Below are positions 1 through 14,100 of a stretch of DNA of 64,000 nucleotides, one piece after another. The DNA lies in NCBI RefSeq assembly GCF_030684315.1, contig NC_081378.1:23546571-23610570 (forward strand). Reading direction: 5' to 3'. Origin of the DNA: Stegostoma tigrinum (lineage: Eukaryota). A program made the translations under genes and the position numbers. Below the pieces are notes generated by a model. The model had not been told where the DNA came from and did not search any database. It saw only the letters and a program-made list of their open reading frames with translations. The stretch's first letter is position 1. Each line of letters starts with the position of its first letter.

Positions 1-157
1 GGCCAGGCAGCATCAGAGGAGCAGGAAAGTTGACATTTCGGGTCAGGTCCCTTCTTCCCACCCTGAAACATCAACTTCCCTGCTCTTCGATGCTGCCTGG
101 CCTGCTGCATTCCTCTAGCTCCATACTGTGTTATCTCTGACTCCAGCATCTGCAGTT
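1..157. mobile_element. Penelope-terminus-derived palindromic fragment (cut by window edge)
   Basis: 1-42 is an imperfect reverse complement of ~62-102; ends in the family terminus ...ctccagcatctgcagtt. Confidence 0.75.
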
Positions 158-165
158 CATGCTAG

Positions 166-358
166 CCTGCCTGTGAGAGTAGTTGAGGCAGGATACCTCA
201 TAACCTTTAAAAAGCACTTAGATGAGCATTTAAAATGTCATAACATTGAAGGCAATGGGCTAAGTGCTGGAAAGTGATGTAGATTTAGAGCAGATTTTGT
301 TGGTGCAGATTCGATGTGCTGAAGGGCCACTGTACTGTATGATGCCATGATTCTATGA
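166..358 (+). mobile_element. CR1/HER1 LINE 3' end, degenerate
   Basis: gtagttgaggcagg...tttaaaaagcacttagatgagca...ctgaagggcc...ctgtatgat...tgattctatga tail, similar to 10990-11172. Confidence 0.7.
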
Positions 359-2081
359 AAAATCTCAAAAATAGCTTGGGGAAAAACATATTTTGATCCC
401 TACAGTTTAAATTTTCAGATGGCTCACTAAATTATTATCTTTACTTTACATTCCACCTGAATCTAATCATTAAAAATCTTTTAAATGCATATTTACTTTT
501 AAAATGAGTGAAATCTTCAATCTAGAAAAAGCTGACATCCAGATTTGTGAAACTTGGTTTTCGCTAGCAAGTGAATGTGTTTAGCATTAATTATCAAGTT
601 AGCATGCTGTTAAAAATCCAGTTATATCTCATTCAAAGAGGTGTACCATTTTGAAAGGTTTTGTGCAACAAGACTTAACAGCTAGGAGTTGATATTCTCC
701 AACTATTTATTGGTTTCCCATTAATTGCTGTTGGGAGAAACCTTTACAATTCACCTTCTGGAAGCATTCACTGATAGCAACTTCTGGATTTCCAGATTAT
801 TCCACCCTGTGCAAACTCCAGAAATTGTCAGTTTCAATGGAGTAATGATTGTGAATGCTGACAATTTCGTTGTTATTACCACCAAAAGAAAATTTGATCA
901 TTAAAATAGTTGGCAGCTCTGGTGCAGGCATCAAACAAAAGTTGCACTCCTCGCTCATGAATAAACAAGAATTTCATGTCAACATACTGCATAATTTTAA
1001 ATAAATGTATATCCTATGTAGCTCTGTAGAGTTAATAAATTCTGAACCGGTTTGAACCCAATCAGATTTATTTTTTCTGTTCATCAGCAGGCCACCTTAA
1101 ATCAGTGTTTACTGGACAGCTATCTAAACCTGCACTATATTTCACCTTATGCTAAAGAAGCTTTTGTTAATGCAACTGTGCACTCAGACCTAATAACTAC
1201 ATCCAAATAGACCCTAGCATGTCTATATTTAATTGTAATTTTCACAAATGATCCAAAGTCACTTAAAAAAGAAAACTAAACTTATACATATACTATACTC
1301 CAGAGCACATATGGTGCCGACCAGTCTGTGAAATGTCAGCTTCCTCTTGAACATGAAATGTGAGCTGTTATTTTATCTGCCTTGTTTCTGCCTAATTTCC
1401 TTTTAACAAAAAAGTCTCTCAATAGATCATTTTTTAATTTGCAGCCTTTGCTCCTGACCGGTATAAAGAAGCTTCTGTCCACGTTAGTGTGATATAATTT
1501 TGGTAGATCCTAACAATGGTGTAATTTAAATACTGATCCATGTCATGCATCTGCCCCAAAAGGCATGAGATACAATCACTCTTTTGAAGACTGGACTGAT
1601 AGAAAATAATTCAACTGCCTCAACACCCTCAACAATGGCGACTAATAGAATCACTATAAATATTACCTCATTTATCATAGTCCTTTTGGCTTTACGTAGA
1701 AGGTAATGACAGTAAAATGAAGAAAATGAAGTATAATCCTTTGTGGGGTGCAGTAAACTTTCTGCCAAAAGTTAGATTTTAAATGGTAATAAAATTACTT
1801 TCACTTTGTTGAATTGACACAGCAGATGTACTGTGTTTATAATCTTAACACACTGCACTGTGTTGTTGGACACTGTTTCCTTCAACATATAAGTATAGAT
1901 GAGTTAATTAAGATATCTGTTCATGTCAAATTAATTGTCAGTATTTTTGAAAGTAACAGCAGATTCTCAAACTCATTTCTAAATTGCACCTTGCAGGAAT
2001 GTTGTTAGCAATCTGCATGCTTTTTGTACAACGACAATCTCATTAGTTCAAGCCACTCATTTATCTCGTTATTTCCTGCAG

Positions 2082-2166
2082 GAGGGATTGAGGATGTTGG
2101 TTTCCAGGGACCTCGAGTGCACAAACACTTTGTACATTCAATTCTCATTCAAGTTCTTAGCTAAAG
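2082..2166 (+). CDS. RELN: RELN exon (~human ex37), 85 nt: [28 protein letters not shown](G)
   Basis: ttcctgcag|GAG ... AAAG|gtgtgt; absent from the ORF track, translated by hand. Confidence 0.93.
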
Positions 2167-5100
2167 GTGTGTGTATTTTTTTTGTCAGTATGAAAATTGA
2201 AAAGAATCTAAAGTAGTCAAAGTGTCTGTCAGTTGGAACATTTAGACCCTGTGTTGCAAAGATAAAGACAATGTGGCAAATATTATAAAGTATCTATATA
2301 TGTATAAAATAAACACACGAAATGGAGCAGAAGTGCCATAAATGCTGTAGATGAGTGTACATCTGAGAGGAAAACACAGACTAATTTTTCAAGTTGGATC
2401 CTTCAACAATCCTGATTATTGTTGTAAATCGAGGGAAAGTCAGAAAGTTCCACTGTAATTTTTCTCACCCATTTCTACGCTGTCCAGAAATCATTGACTC
2501 TAGGGCTATTGTAGCACTGTCACTAGTTGCTTTTCCGTACCTCACTCAATGGATATCTTCCAAATGGAACATTTACAACATTATGTCAATTAATTGCAGA
2601 AGGCATTGCTGACAAGCCCAAAGGCTTTACTCATACTAGCAATGGTGAATCTGGTATTACTTGAGCCCCTCCCTCCCCCACCCTCACCCCAGACCATAAT
2701 GTCTATTCTACGAAGTAATGGCACAGAGCTGGTACTAATAATTTAGATCAGACAGGAAGGATGTAGGTTTGCACTCCTGATCTTTTACCTGATGAGTTCC
2801 TGTGCTGGGCTTTCAGGAAGACATTGAGCAAGGATTAGGTGTATCTTCATGGGGGTCAAGACAGAAGATGTTTGATGGCAGCTTATGCCAGGCTGCATTC
2901 TTGCATCTCCTCAAGATCAATAGCCTTTGCTATGACTGTTCACTAAAGCTTGTAAGGGGTAAACTCAAAGAGACTAGGAGAGAAAATTATATGTTCCAAG
3001 AAATTACTGTGCACGTATTGTTAGAATAAAAGAAAATGCCCAAAAGCCTCCTCTGCATTAATGGTAAGAGATATTGGAGAGAATCCTAGAAAATTCTGGA
3101 GTAACTGTTACTAACAAGCTGGTATAAGCAAGTTAATCTGAAAGATGGGTCATGCCATGGATCAAGTTAACTATTCAGCAATTGAGCTGAATAATTTATT
3201 TCTGGCAACATTTGGACACCTATTTAAATTCTTAATCCTTCAGAGAAAAGGAAACACTGTCCTTTAATACATACTTGAAAACAAGTGACAAGATGGATTT
3301 TTTTCACCTCTCGTTAAACAGAATGCTTTATCATGGATTGCACATAAATTCTTCAAAGAGCTACAACCAATTAATGCAAAGTGTATATAGAATTGGGATA
3401 AAGCTGTCTATCATGATGTGGCTCACCAATTTTAATTAAATGTATCAACTTGCCCTTTGAATAAGTCTCATCAGTGCTGGATTATTATTCTCAGTTTATA
3501 CATAAATAAAGATCAAAAGAATTTCTGTGATTCGTGTCATTTCTAAATGTTGAATCCCAAAGCAAAGAAATTTGTCACGTCTGTTTCTGTTGCCTCGCAA
3601 AACATTAAATTCCATCTGCAATTTGAAATGCCAGAATACATTTCCATCAATTTACTGTTTAATTTAGTGGGATTTTATTCATTTTTATTTCTCTCATTTT
3701 ATTATGTTTTGGCCCTGCCTTGATTGCTCCCTTTATTACCACCACCACCACCCCCCCCCCCCCCCCAATAATGGTGCACAAGGATGATCAGATGATTCCC
3801 TTGTGTGACAGCGGTGGTCTTTAGTCTCAGCTTTTTTCCTTGTCGTACATTCTAGTTCAGGAAGGCGCTTTTTAGGGAAATTCAAGAAGCCTACAACAGT
3901 GACTGTCCAGATGTTTTACAGGCAACATTTCTCAAAGGTAGAATGGGCAGAGAAGAACAAGTCATCTTGTTATGTATACATTACACAGAAGTGTGATATA
4001 TAACCCATTGGGTTACAATATATATTGTTTCTCTTCTTTCATAGGATATAAGTGATACTGTTATTGCCCATCCCTAATTGCCCTTGCAAAGATGGTGGTG
4101 ATCAGTCTCCTTGAATTGCTGTGGTCCTTGGGATGTAGGGTCTTCCACAGTGCTGTCAGGATACATTCACTGGTTTCAGGCAGAAAACGCCCTTACGTTT
4201 CACAGTAGCTATTTCAATATGGTATACCTTTCAAAATACCTACAGCTGGTTGCTGATGCAAAGTGTCGGTTTCAAAATTTGTCTGCAGATATCTTACTTT
4301 GAGGAATACACTTCCATCATTAGAATTGTTTCTAAAATTTATCAGTTATTTCCATGATTTGAAGAGTGGAGTAATCAGATTGGTTGTTATGTCATGAAAG
4401 CCTTCAACAGTCAATCTCCTGTAGTTGCTAATTGCGTATGTGGTGAACTTCTTCAGCTCTCAGTGAGACTTCTCAGTGGGGAGCTGCTTATATTTTATGG
4501 CATTCAAACTAAAATTAAGAAGTTTTCTAAAATGAAATGTATTTAGTATCTATGATCAATTGTAGGTAAGCTAATTACTATATATGCTTTTAACTGAATT
4601 GTTTTGATGGCAATTTTTTTTGTCCTCAATTCTGTGTTTTGATTCAGGTGTCCCTGATCGGTCACATTCCGTACTGCTGCAGTATTCCATCAATGGTGGC
4701 ATAACTTGGCATTTGATGGATGAATTCTACTTCCCTCAGACAACAGAGATCCTCTTTATTAATGTTCCTTTACCACACACAGCCCAGACCAATGCAACTC
4801 GTTTCCGCCTCTGGCAGCCCCACAATGAAGGTAACAAGCTGGAATTATGTTTAGATGCCTCATTGCTGAATAGCTCTGGGGTCCCTGAGAGAGCTCAACT
4901 TCCATTTTTAGTGGCAATTAATTCAGTCAATTTGTTAAAAGCTTACAGAATCAATGTTGATTTCTAGAACACACGTTCTATTTGAGGTTCTTATTACTTA
5001 TAATTGATAACTTATAAAGTATTTGAGGTTGAATACATGGAAGGATTACAGACAATTTTTTTTACTGTTAATGCAGTGTTTATGCTTCCTGTCTTTAATA

Positions 5101-8100
5101 AATGATCTGGTTTTGAACAGCACAGGCAGATGCAGAGTAAAGATCTCTCAATTTTGCCCCAGCATTGTTTGCACCTTATTTCAAAGAGTCATTTTGTTAC
5201 ATTTCCATTTCTCAAGTGTTGTAGTGACCAAACTGAACTTTGGAATATCTCTTTGAAGAGCACAAAGACACTGCACATAGATGTAACTCTAGCTCCCCAT
5301 TTTATTCATGCACAAAATAGGAAAGAACCCAAACAAATTTGTTTCGTAAAACATAAGCACATTAAAATACCACATTCAGAGGCAGAAACTAGCTAAGTTA
5401 ATATGATTGGTACCATAATATCTTGCCTAGTCAGTTCTTCATTTATTCCATTGCTAGAAAGCAAATCAACCGTCTACTTATCTTAATAAATAATATCACA
5501 ATGATTTTATAAACATGATCTGATTTCCAGATTATTGTACTGTTACTGAAAATGTTAAACCTTCATGAATAATGGTCTAGTTGGATTTGGTGTAAAATAA
5601 TTTTTATTTTGACTACTGATTAAAATTAAGGAAGGTAAGTTAATGTAGATTTGTGTTCATTGACCATTGTATCTCATTCTTTGACTATGATAGCTTTTGT
5701 GTACAATGATAAGAATGTTGGATTGGCAGCAAATCTAGACATTGTATCAGCATTTACAAATCTTTAAGAAAGTATTGAATGAAATGGTTTGCTTTGTTAT
5801 TATGGAAATCTGAATCGGTTAAAGATGGAATAGAAAGAGATATAATTATGCTTCAATACATAGTTATAAAATTGCACAGAATTAAAATTGGATTTCTAAT
5901 TAAGTTGCACAATAAGCAGTTTGTTTGACTGCCAAGAAATTGAAGTCAACTCCTTTATGATTTTCTGTTCAATGACAAAGGGAAGAAGGAAGAAATCTGG
6001 ATCATCGATGACCTCATTATTGATGGGAATAATCAGAACAATCCTGGCATATTGTTGGATACATTTGATTATGGACCCAAAGAGGAGAACTGGTTCTTCT
6101 ACCCTGGTGGAAACATTGGCCTCTATTGTCCCTATGTTTCAAAAGGAGCCAGGTAAGAATAAGCACTTTGCCTTTGGATGAGGGTATCGCTTGTTGTCTG
6201 TGTAAAGTTCTCATAAGCTAAACCAAAGGCTAGGCAAAACACTATAATGTCCACGTCCAATCTCTCTCCTTTCCAAGTATCCTCCTTCAAGACACTTCTT
6301 AAATCTACCTAATAACTCCTGTATCTGCCTATGTGGCTCAGTGTCAAATTTTGTCTGATTACATTCTGTGAAAGGTCATTGGATATTTCCTGTGTTAAAG
6401 CTAGTATACAAATACAAGTTCTTATTATTGATGGTTACAGTTGATTTATTTAATGTGACTATTCTGAAACTGTTGTTCAACATAACATCCTTCACGATAA
6501 GTAATTATTTTGTAAAATATATCTAAATTACTAAATGACTTGTCATAATTCATTTAGTAATGGGAATATCTATTGTGCTGAACGCCAAAGAATTGTGCCA
6601 TTGTAATAAAAAGCAAACTTGGTCTTGAAGTACAACAATGCCAAAACCTGTTCACAGTTTTAAAATGTCAACCACTTCAACTCCCCCTCCTACTCCTTGG
6701 ACGACATGTCCATCCTGGGCCTCCTCCAGTGCCACAATGATGCCATCCGAAGGTTGCAGGAACAGCACCTCATTTCTCGCTTGGGCACCCTGCAATGGTA
6801 TCAATGTGGACTTCACAAGCTTCAAAATCTCCCCATCCCTAACATCATCCCAAAATCAGCCCAGCTTGTCCCCGCCTTTTTGACCTGTCTGACGTTTCTC
6901 CGACCTATCCGCTCCTCCCACCTCACTGACCAACCCCCACCTCCTACTTACCAGCCTCATCCCCGCCTCCTTGACTCGTCCTCCTTCCCTTGACCTACCA
7001 ACCCCCATCCTAACTCCCCACCTAAACGCACCTTTACTGTCTCCATCCCCGCCTCCTTGAGCTGTCCATCTCCACTCCACCTATTTGCTCCTTTATCCAC
7101 CTTCCATCCGCCACCCCCCACTCTATTTCAAAATCCCCTTCCCCTTTCCTATTTCTGAAGAAGGGCCTAGACCCGAAACGTCAGCTTTCCTGCTCCTCTG
7201 ATGCTGCTTGGCCTGCTGTGTTCATCCAGCTCTACACCTTGTTATCTCATGGTTTTAAAATACCCGGATCAGGGTCTTTTCTATCATTTTCTATCAACTC
7301 ATCACAACCGTATTCTCAGGTATTTTTCAGTTAAACCAGTAACCATTCAGAGACCTTCTACTTAGTGTGTAGTGGAGTCAGGAGGAGAAAGTGTGTTTCT
7401 CCTGGCTTCCTATTAAGTTTACAGGCCACGGCTTTGAAGCAGTATTATTAGAGCATTGCTGTCAATTGATTTGATTGCAGTGACGAGGCCCTGTCCTTGT
7501 GTAGTTTTCATTTACTGGTCAGTGTGCAGCTTTGATATTTTGGTTTGTTTCTCCATTGTCAAGGGAGGAAGATTCCGCCATCGTCTTTGTGTCAAACGTA
7601 GTTGGGGAACATTCCATTACTACTCGCGATCTGGATGTCAATGAGAATACTATTGTTCAGTTTGAGGTAACAACAATTGGAGATACTTACTTCTGCGTCA
7701 GGCTGTTAAGTTCACCACCTTTTTTCCACAACACTCAACATTGAGGTTAGAATTACATAGGGAGCATACCAACTCTAAAAATGTTTGAGGGCTGTAGGCA
7801 AATTCACCACCGAACGTGGCCAAATTACCCAGGACAATTCAATAATGGAGATGAGTAATAAGAGAAAATTCACAAAAAACTGAAAGAACTGCAGATGATT
7901 CCCTACAGTGTGGAAGCAGGCTATTCAGCCCATCAAGTCCACACCAATCCTTCAAAGAGTACCGCACGCTTGGCTGACCCACCTAACATTATGGGACAAT
8001 TTAACATGGCCAATCCACCTAACCTGCACATCTTTGGACTGTGGGAGGGAACAAGAGCACCCAGAGTAAATCTACATAGACGTGGGGAGAATCTGCAAAC

Positions 8101-11100
8101 AGCACACAGACCTGAAGCTGGAATCTGGCGCTGTGAGGTCGCAGTGCTAACCACTGAGGCACTGTGCTGCCCTGCTGGAAATCAGAAACAAAGACAGAAA
8201 TTGCTAAAAAAAACTCAGTAGATCTGGCAGCATCTGCAGAGAGAAAACAGAATTAACATTTCGGATCTGGTGACCCTTCTGAACAGGGACAATTCACGCC
8301 TGATAGGTTCACAGTGAACCTATTGGCCAGCAAATTAGGAGGGAAGCAGTGTGTGATTGGAGGACCAGTGAGAAGGTGAGTTGCAGCAGTAAGCATCTCT
8401 GCTGGAGCAAAATGCAGAGAGGTTGAAGGCTGTGGGCCCAGAGGTACAGGGACTGGAAGAAGATGGGCTGGAGCAAGCAGGACCAGAAAAGAAGGGCCTG
8501 TCCTGAGTGAAAACTCACTTTGCCCCTAGCTTTTGCCATGTATGTATCATCTATGATTCTATGACTTTATCACACACGTAATGTACTACAAATTTCTTAG
8601 AATGCAATGATTGATTTGATTTAAAAAATGAAATTGTTTGGCTATGATCACAAAAGTCTGTGAAAAGTGTTTATGCTGATAGCATTTTGTACATTGGCAG
8701 TTGTTAGTTATTTTTAAAAGAAACATTTGCCAGTAACCTGTGCCTGTTATTTCATGTTGATTTAAATATGGCAATGTTTGAAGTTAATGTTTTCCTTGTG
8801 TTTTAGGGTTTTAAGTTTCATATAGTTGTCATGATTATTGAGATTGTAGTTGAGTTCTTCAAATTCTCTTCCATGAAACCCAAATATCCATTGCATTAGC
8901 ACAAATATCAAAGCTAATGCTGCAGTGAGACTGCATCACCAAATAAAGAAGTTAGTAACAACGAAAGATGAGCACGAAGAAAAGGTATCCCCCAAGGAAG
9001 CCTCAAGAGGAGCCCTCAGAAACTAATCTCTTGACCCTTGGACTGTATCATGAAAACTGACAACTTAGAAATTCAGCTGTGCAATGCCTATTTTGTGAAC
9101 ATTAAACACAGTATTTAGGCTCAGATCCTGGTGACTACCATGAGAGGTTTCTAGTTTGCTCCCTCCTGCAGAACCCACATAATGCAAAGCCCTGCGGTCC
9201 GAAAGCAGAACAAAATATAAACAGCTGCTAAAGTTGTCTGAAACAGAATGTCTTCCCAATATCCTAGGCTCACTGCTTTACTTTGCTAGGCCAAAAAGAC
9301 ATGCTCGAAGACAGTGGACACCTCCTTAAACCAGTCTGTAACACAGCCCATAAATATTTAGAGTAAAATGGGTAAAGCAAGAACAACAAAGGTATTAACC
9401 CATTTAAAATACCCCAGTTAATTTTTTTGAAAGAAATGGAGTATCAAAAAAACATCATTCAGCTAATATTGCCGATAATTTCTTGTAGCTAAAAATGATA
9501 CACGTGTAATATAGAATCAATGATGAATACTGCGCAATGCGTATACGTATATTTTATCTTGGTAACAACACAGCTAGAATATTTAATAAAAGAGCTCTTT
9601 TAGGAATATTTCAAAATTCCAATTCATATTTGTTGGACCAAAACCTTGTGGCAAGCCAGTTGAAAACTATGTGACAGTAATTGTTCAGACTTACCATACT
9701 TCAACAGAAATATGTAAAATCTTTATTATCAGTGAAAGAAATGTAAAGTTAAATTATTTCCATCAGTGATGTCTATTTCCCTTATGATTTCAGATTAATG
9801 TTGGATGCAATGCAGAGAGTTCAGCCTTAGATCCTATTAGATTGGAATTCTCACGGGATTTTGGAGCCACATGGCACTTGCTTCTGCCACTCTGCTATAG
9901 CAGCGGTCACGTCAGTGCACTCTGTTCTACTGAACTCCATCCCAGCAGTACATATTATGCTGGTACCACCCAGGGTTGGAAAAGAGAGGTAATCCACTTT
10001 GGAAGGCTCCATCTGTGTGGGTGAGTTCCTATTCCAGAACGTAAACATGACTTTCTTCTTCCTACACCAGTAGAATCAGTCAATTTATGACTCAAAAATT
10101 CTTTCATAATTGGTTCCAAAGCTGCCTTAGTTTCTTACAATATCCCTAGTTTTATTAGAATGATACAGAGCTGATACATAAGGCTATCATAAACCTGTGA
10201 CCAGCAGTGTTTCACGGGGAGCAGTGCTGGGTCCACTTCTGTTTGTTATTTATATAAATGATTTAGATGAGAGTATAGGGGGCTTGGTTAGTAAGTTTGC
10301 AGATGACATTAAAATTGACAGTATAGTGAACAGTGAAGAAAGTTATCTGGGATTACTAAGGGATCTTGATCAATTGGGTCAGTGGGCTGAGGAGTGGCAA
10401 ATGCAGATTAATTTAGATAAATGTGGGGTCTTGCACTTTGGTAAAACAAATAAGGGCATGACTTATACAATTAAAAGGAGTCCCTTGGATAGTGTTGTAG
10501 AACAGAGAGACCTAGTGGTTCAGGTGCACAATTCTTTGAAGCTTGCATCACATATAGACTGGGTGGTGAAGAAGACGTTTAGCAGGCGTTCCTTCATTGC
10601 TCAGACCTTTGAGTATAGGAATTGCGACATTGTGTTGAGGTTGTACAAGATGTTGGTGAGGCTTCTTCTGGAGTACTGTGTCCAGTTCTGCTGCCCTATT
10701 AAAGGAAGGATATTATTAAGGAGGAGAGGATTCAGAATAGATTTACCAGTATGTTGCTGAGAATGGAGCGTTTGAGTTACAAGAAGAGGCTGAATAAGCT
10801 GGGAACTTTCTCAATGGAGCATAGGAGATTGTGGGGTGACCTTTTCGAGGTTTATGAGAGGTATAGATAAGGTGCCTTTTCCCTAGGGTGGGTGTTATAT
10901 TTTTATCGTGACAGGAGAAAGACTTTAAAAAGACCTGAGGGGAAATTATTTTACACAGAGAGTGATTTGTTTGTGGAAGTAACATCTAGAGGAAATGATG
11001 GATGCAGATACAGTTACAAGATTTAAAAGACTTTTAGATAAGTACATGAATAATAAATGTTTGGAGGGATATGGGCCAAGCGCGGGCAGGTGGGACTAGT

Positions 11101-14100
11101 TTGGGATTGTGGTCAGCATGGACTGGTTGGACTGAAGGGTCTGTTTCCATGCTGTATTTCTCTATGACTCTACAGAAATTGAAATGCTTTATGAGGAAAG
11201 ATATGGCGAGATGTTTCCATTTTTAGGCAAGACCTGAACTAGAGCTTATAAATATAGGACGATCATTGATAAATTCATCTGAGAATTCAGGAGAAATCGA
11301 AAGACTACCACAAAAAAAATTGAGTCAAAGCAAATAAACACAATTGAGGGAAAACAAATATAAGCACATGAAGAAGAAAGGAATAGAAGGATATGTTGCT
11401 AAGGTAAGTTAAGGGTGGGAGGAGGCTTCGTAGAGGAAGAGGAATAGTAGGACTCTGTTGGGCCAAATGGTCCATGTCTGTACTGTAAACACCAAATGAA
11501 TTCCCCATAACAGTACTATAGATAAGAACAAAGAACAATATAGCATAGGAACAGGTTCTTTGGCTCTCCAAACCTGTGCTGACACATTTTACACTTGCAT
11601 ATTAAACCGTCTTCGCTTCCAGGATCCATATCTCTCTGTTCCCTTCCTGTTTGTGTATTCGACCTGGTGCTTCTCGAGTACTGCTATTGTGTCTGCTTCC
11701 ACCGCCTCCTTGGGATGCGCACTCTAGGCACTCAACACCCTTTGTGTGAAAACCTTGCCTTGCACATCTCTTTTAAACACCACCCCCAACAACTTGAACC
11801 TGTATCCCCTCGTAATTAACCCTTCCACCCTGTCAAAATACCTCATACTTTCCATTCCATCCATGTCATTCACAACCTTATAAACTTCTATCAGGTCACC
11901 CCTCTACCTCCTGCATTCCAGTGAAAACAAACCCAGTCTATCCAACCTTTCTTTATAGCTAAAATCACCCAAACCAGGCAACATCCTGGTAAACCTTTTC
12001 TGTACCCTCTCCACAACATCAACATCAACATCAACATCAACATCCACTGGTAGTGTGGTGACCAAAACCGAAAGCAAGATTCCAAGTGTGATCTAACTAA
12101 AGTTCTCTAAAGCTGCAACATAACTTGTCTATCCTTATACAATGCCCCTTCCAATGAAGGTAGGCATACCATAGGCTGTTTTACTACCTTATCTCCCTGC
12201 ACTGTCACCTTCACTGATATGTGACCTGCCCACCCAGATCCCTTTGCATGCCACTACTCCCAAAGGTTCTGCCACTCACTGTATAATTTCCTCCTGCACT
12301 TGACCTTCCAAAACACATCACCTCACATTTGTCTGGATTAAACTCCATCCCCCGTTTTTCTGCCCATGCCTCCAACTGATGTATTACCTGCTGTAAGCTC
12401 TGACCATCCCACTCACTATCTGCAACTCCACCAATCTCTTTATCATCCCCCAACTTACCAATTAGACATTTTCCTCTGAATCATTTATGTAGAGCACGAA
12501 TAACAGAGGTCCCAGCACTGATCCCTGTGGAACACTACTAGTCATTACCCTCCATTTCAAAATGAATCCTTTCACCGCTACCCTCCTATAACTAAATCAG
12601 TTCTTTATCCTTCCTGCCAGCTCACCCCGATACCATGCAACTCCACCTTTTATACCAGTCTGCCATGAGGGATCTTGTCAAAGATTTTACTGAAGTCCAT
12701 GTTGACAATACCAACTATTTCTCTGTCATCAATCATCACCTTCTCAAAAATCTCAATCAAATTAGTGAGGCACAAGACCCCCCCCCCCAACAAAACCATT
12801 CTGTCTATCGCTAATTAGTCCATTTGCTTCTAAATGCATGTAGATCTTGTTCCTGAGAAACTTCCACAATTTCCCTACCACTAATGTGAAGCTTACAGGC
12901 CTGTAATTTCCTGTATTATCCCTACTACCCATTTTAAACAATGGGAAAATATTAGCTGTTCTCCAGTCCTCTGGGACCTCACCTGTGGTCGAAGAGAAGA
13001 CAAAGATGTCCGTCAGTGCTCCAGCAATTTGTTATCTTGCCTCTCTCAATATTCTGGATAGATCCCATCAAGACGCAAGGACTTATCTACGTTAATACTT
13101 CTCAAGACTCACAATACCCCCTCCATTTTAATAGCATCTTGGCTTTGAAATTTGAACTCCCTTTCCTGAGACCATCTTCCGCCAATCCCTTCTCTTTGGT
13201 GAATACCAACACAAAGTATTCATTTAGGACCTAACATACCTCTTCTCACCTCACACACAGATTCCTTCATATGTCTTTGAGTGGGCCAACTCTTTCTCTA
13301 GATACCTTCATGCTTTTTATATGCGTATAAAAGCCTTGGGATTCTCCTTTATCCTGTTTGCTAACAACTTCTCATGAACCCTTTTAGCTCTTCTAATTCC
13401 CTGTTTAAGCTCTTGCCTACTTTCCTTTTATACTTTAAAGGTTTCATCAGTACTCATCCTCCTAGACTTTATGTTTGCTTCCTTTTACTTTTGATCAAGG
13501 TCATAATACCCCTGGTCATCCAAGGTTCATGTAACTTGCCATACCTATTCTTCATTGTCACAGGAACATACCACTCCTGAATTCTTATCTACTGCTGCTT
13601 GAAATACTCCTACATGTCTGATGTGGATTTATTCTGAACTGAAACAGCCATCTTCAATCAAAATTTTCCAGTTCCTGTATAATATTTTAGTTTACCTTCC
13701 CTCAATTTAATGTCTTCACCCAAGGACTGCTGTTATCCCTATCCATGAGTTTCTTAAAACTTAACAGTACTATGGTCACTACTCCCAAAATGCTCCCCCA
13801 CTGAAACCTCACTCACCTATCCAGGCTAATTTCCCAAAACCAGGTCCAGTATAACCCCTTCCCTGGTTGGACTGATTACATGCTGTGTCAAGAAACCCTC
13901 CTGAATGGTCCTTACAAATTCTGCCTCATCCAAGCTCTAACACAAAGTGAGTCCCAGTCAATATAGGGGATGTGAAAAATCACCCACCGCAGCAACCCTG
14001 CTGTTTTTACAGCTTTGCAAAATCTGTCTATATACTTTCTCCTCTATCCCCCACTGGTTATTGGGGCCCCTCTAGAATACCTCCAGCATTGTGATTTCAC

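Noticed and set aside
6654-7262. TSD gttttaaaat around the Penelope fragment
   Set aside because: Short, AT-rich and not flush with the element ends; may be real but is not convincing.
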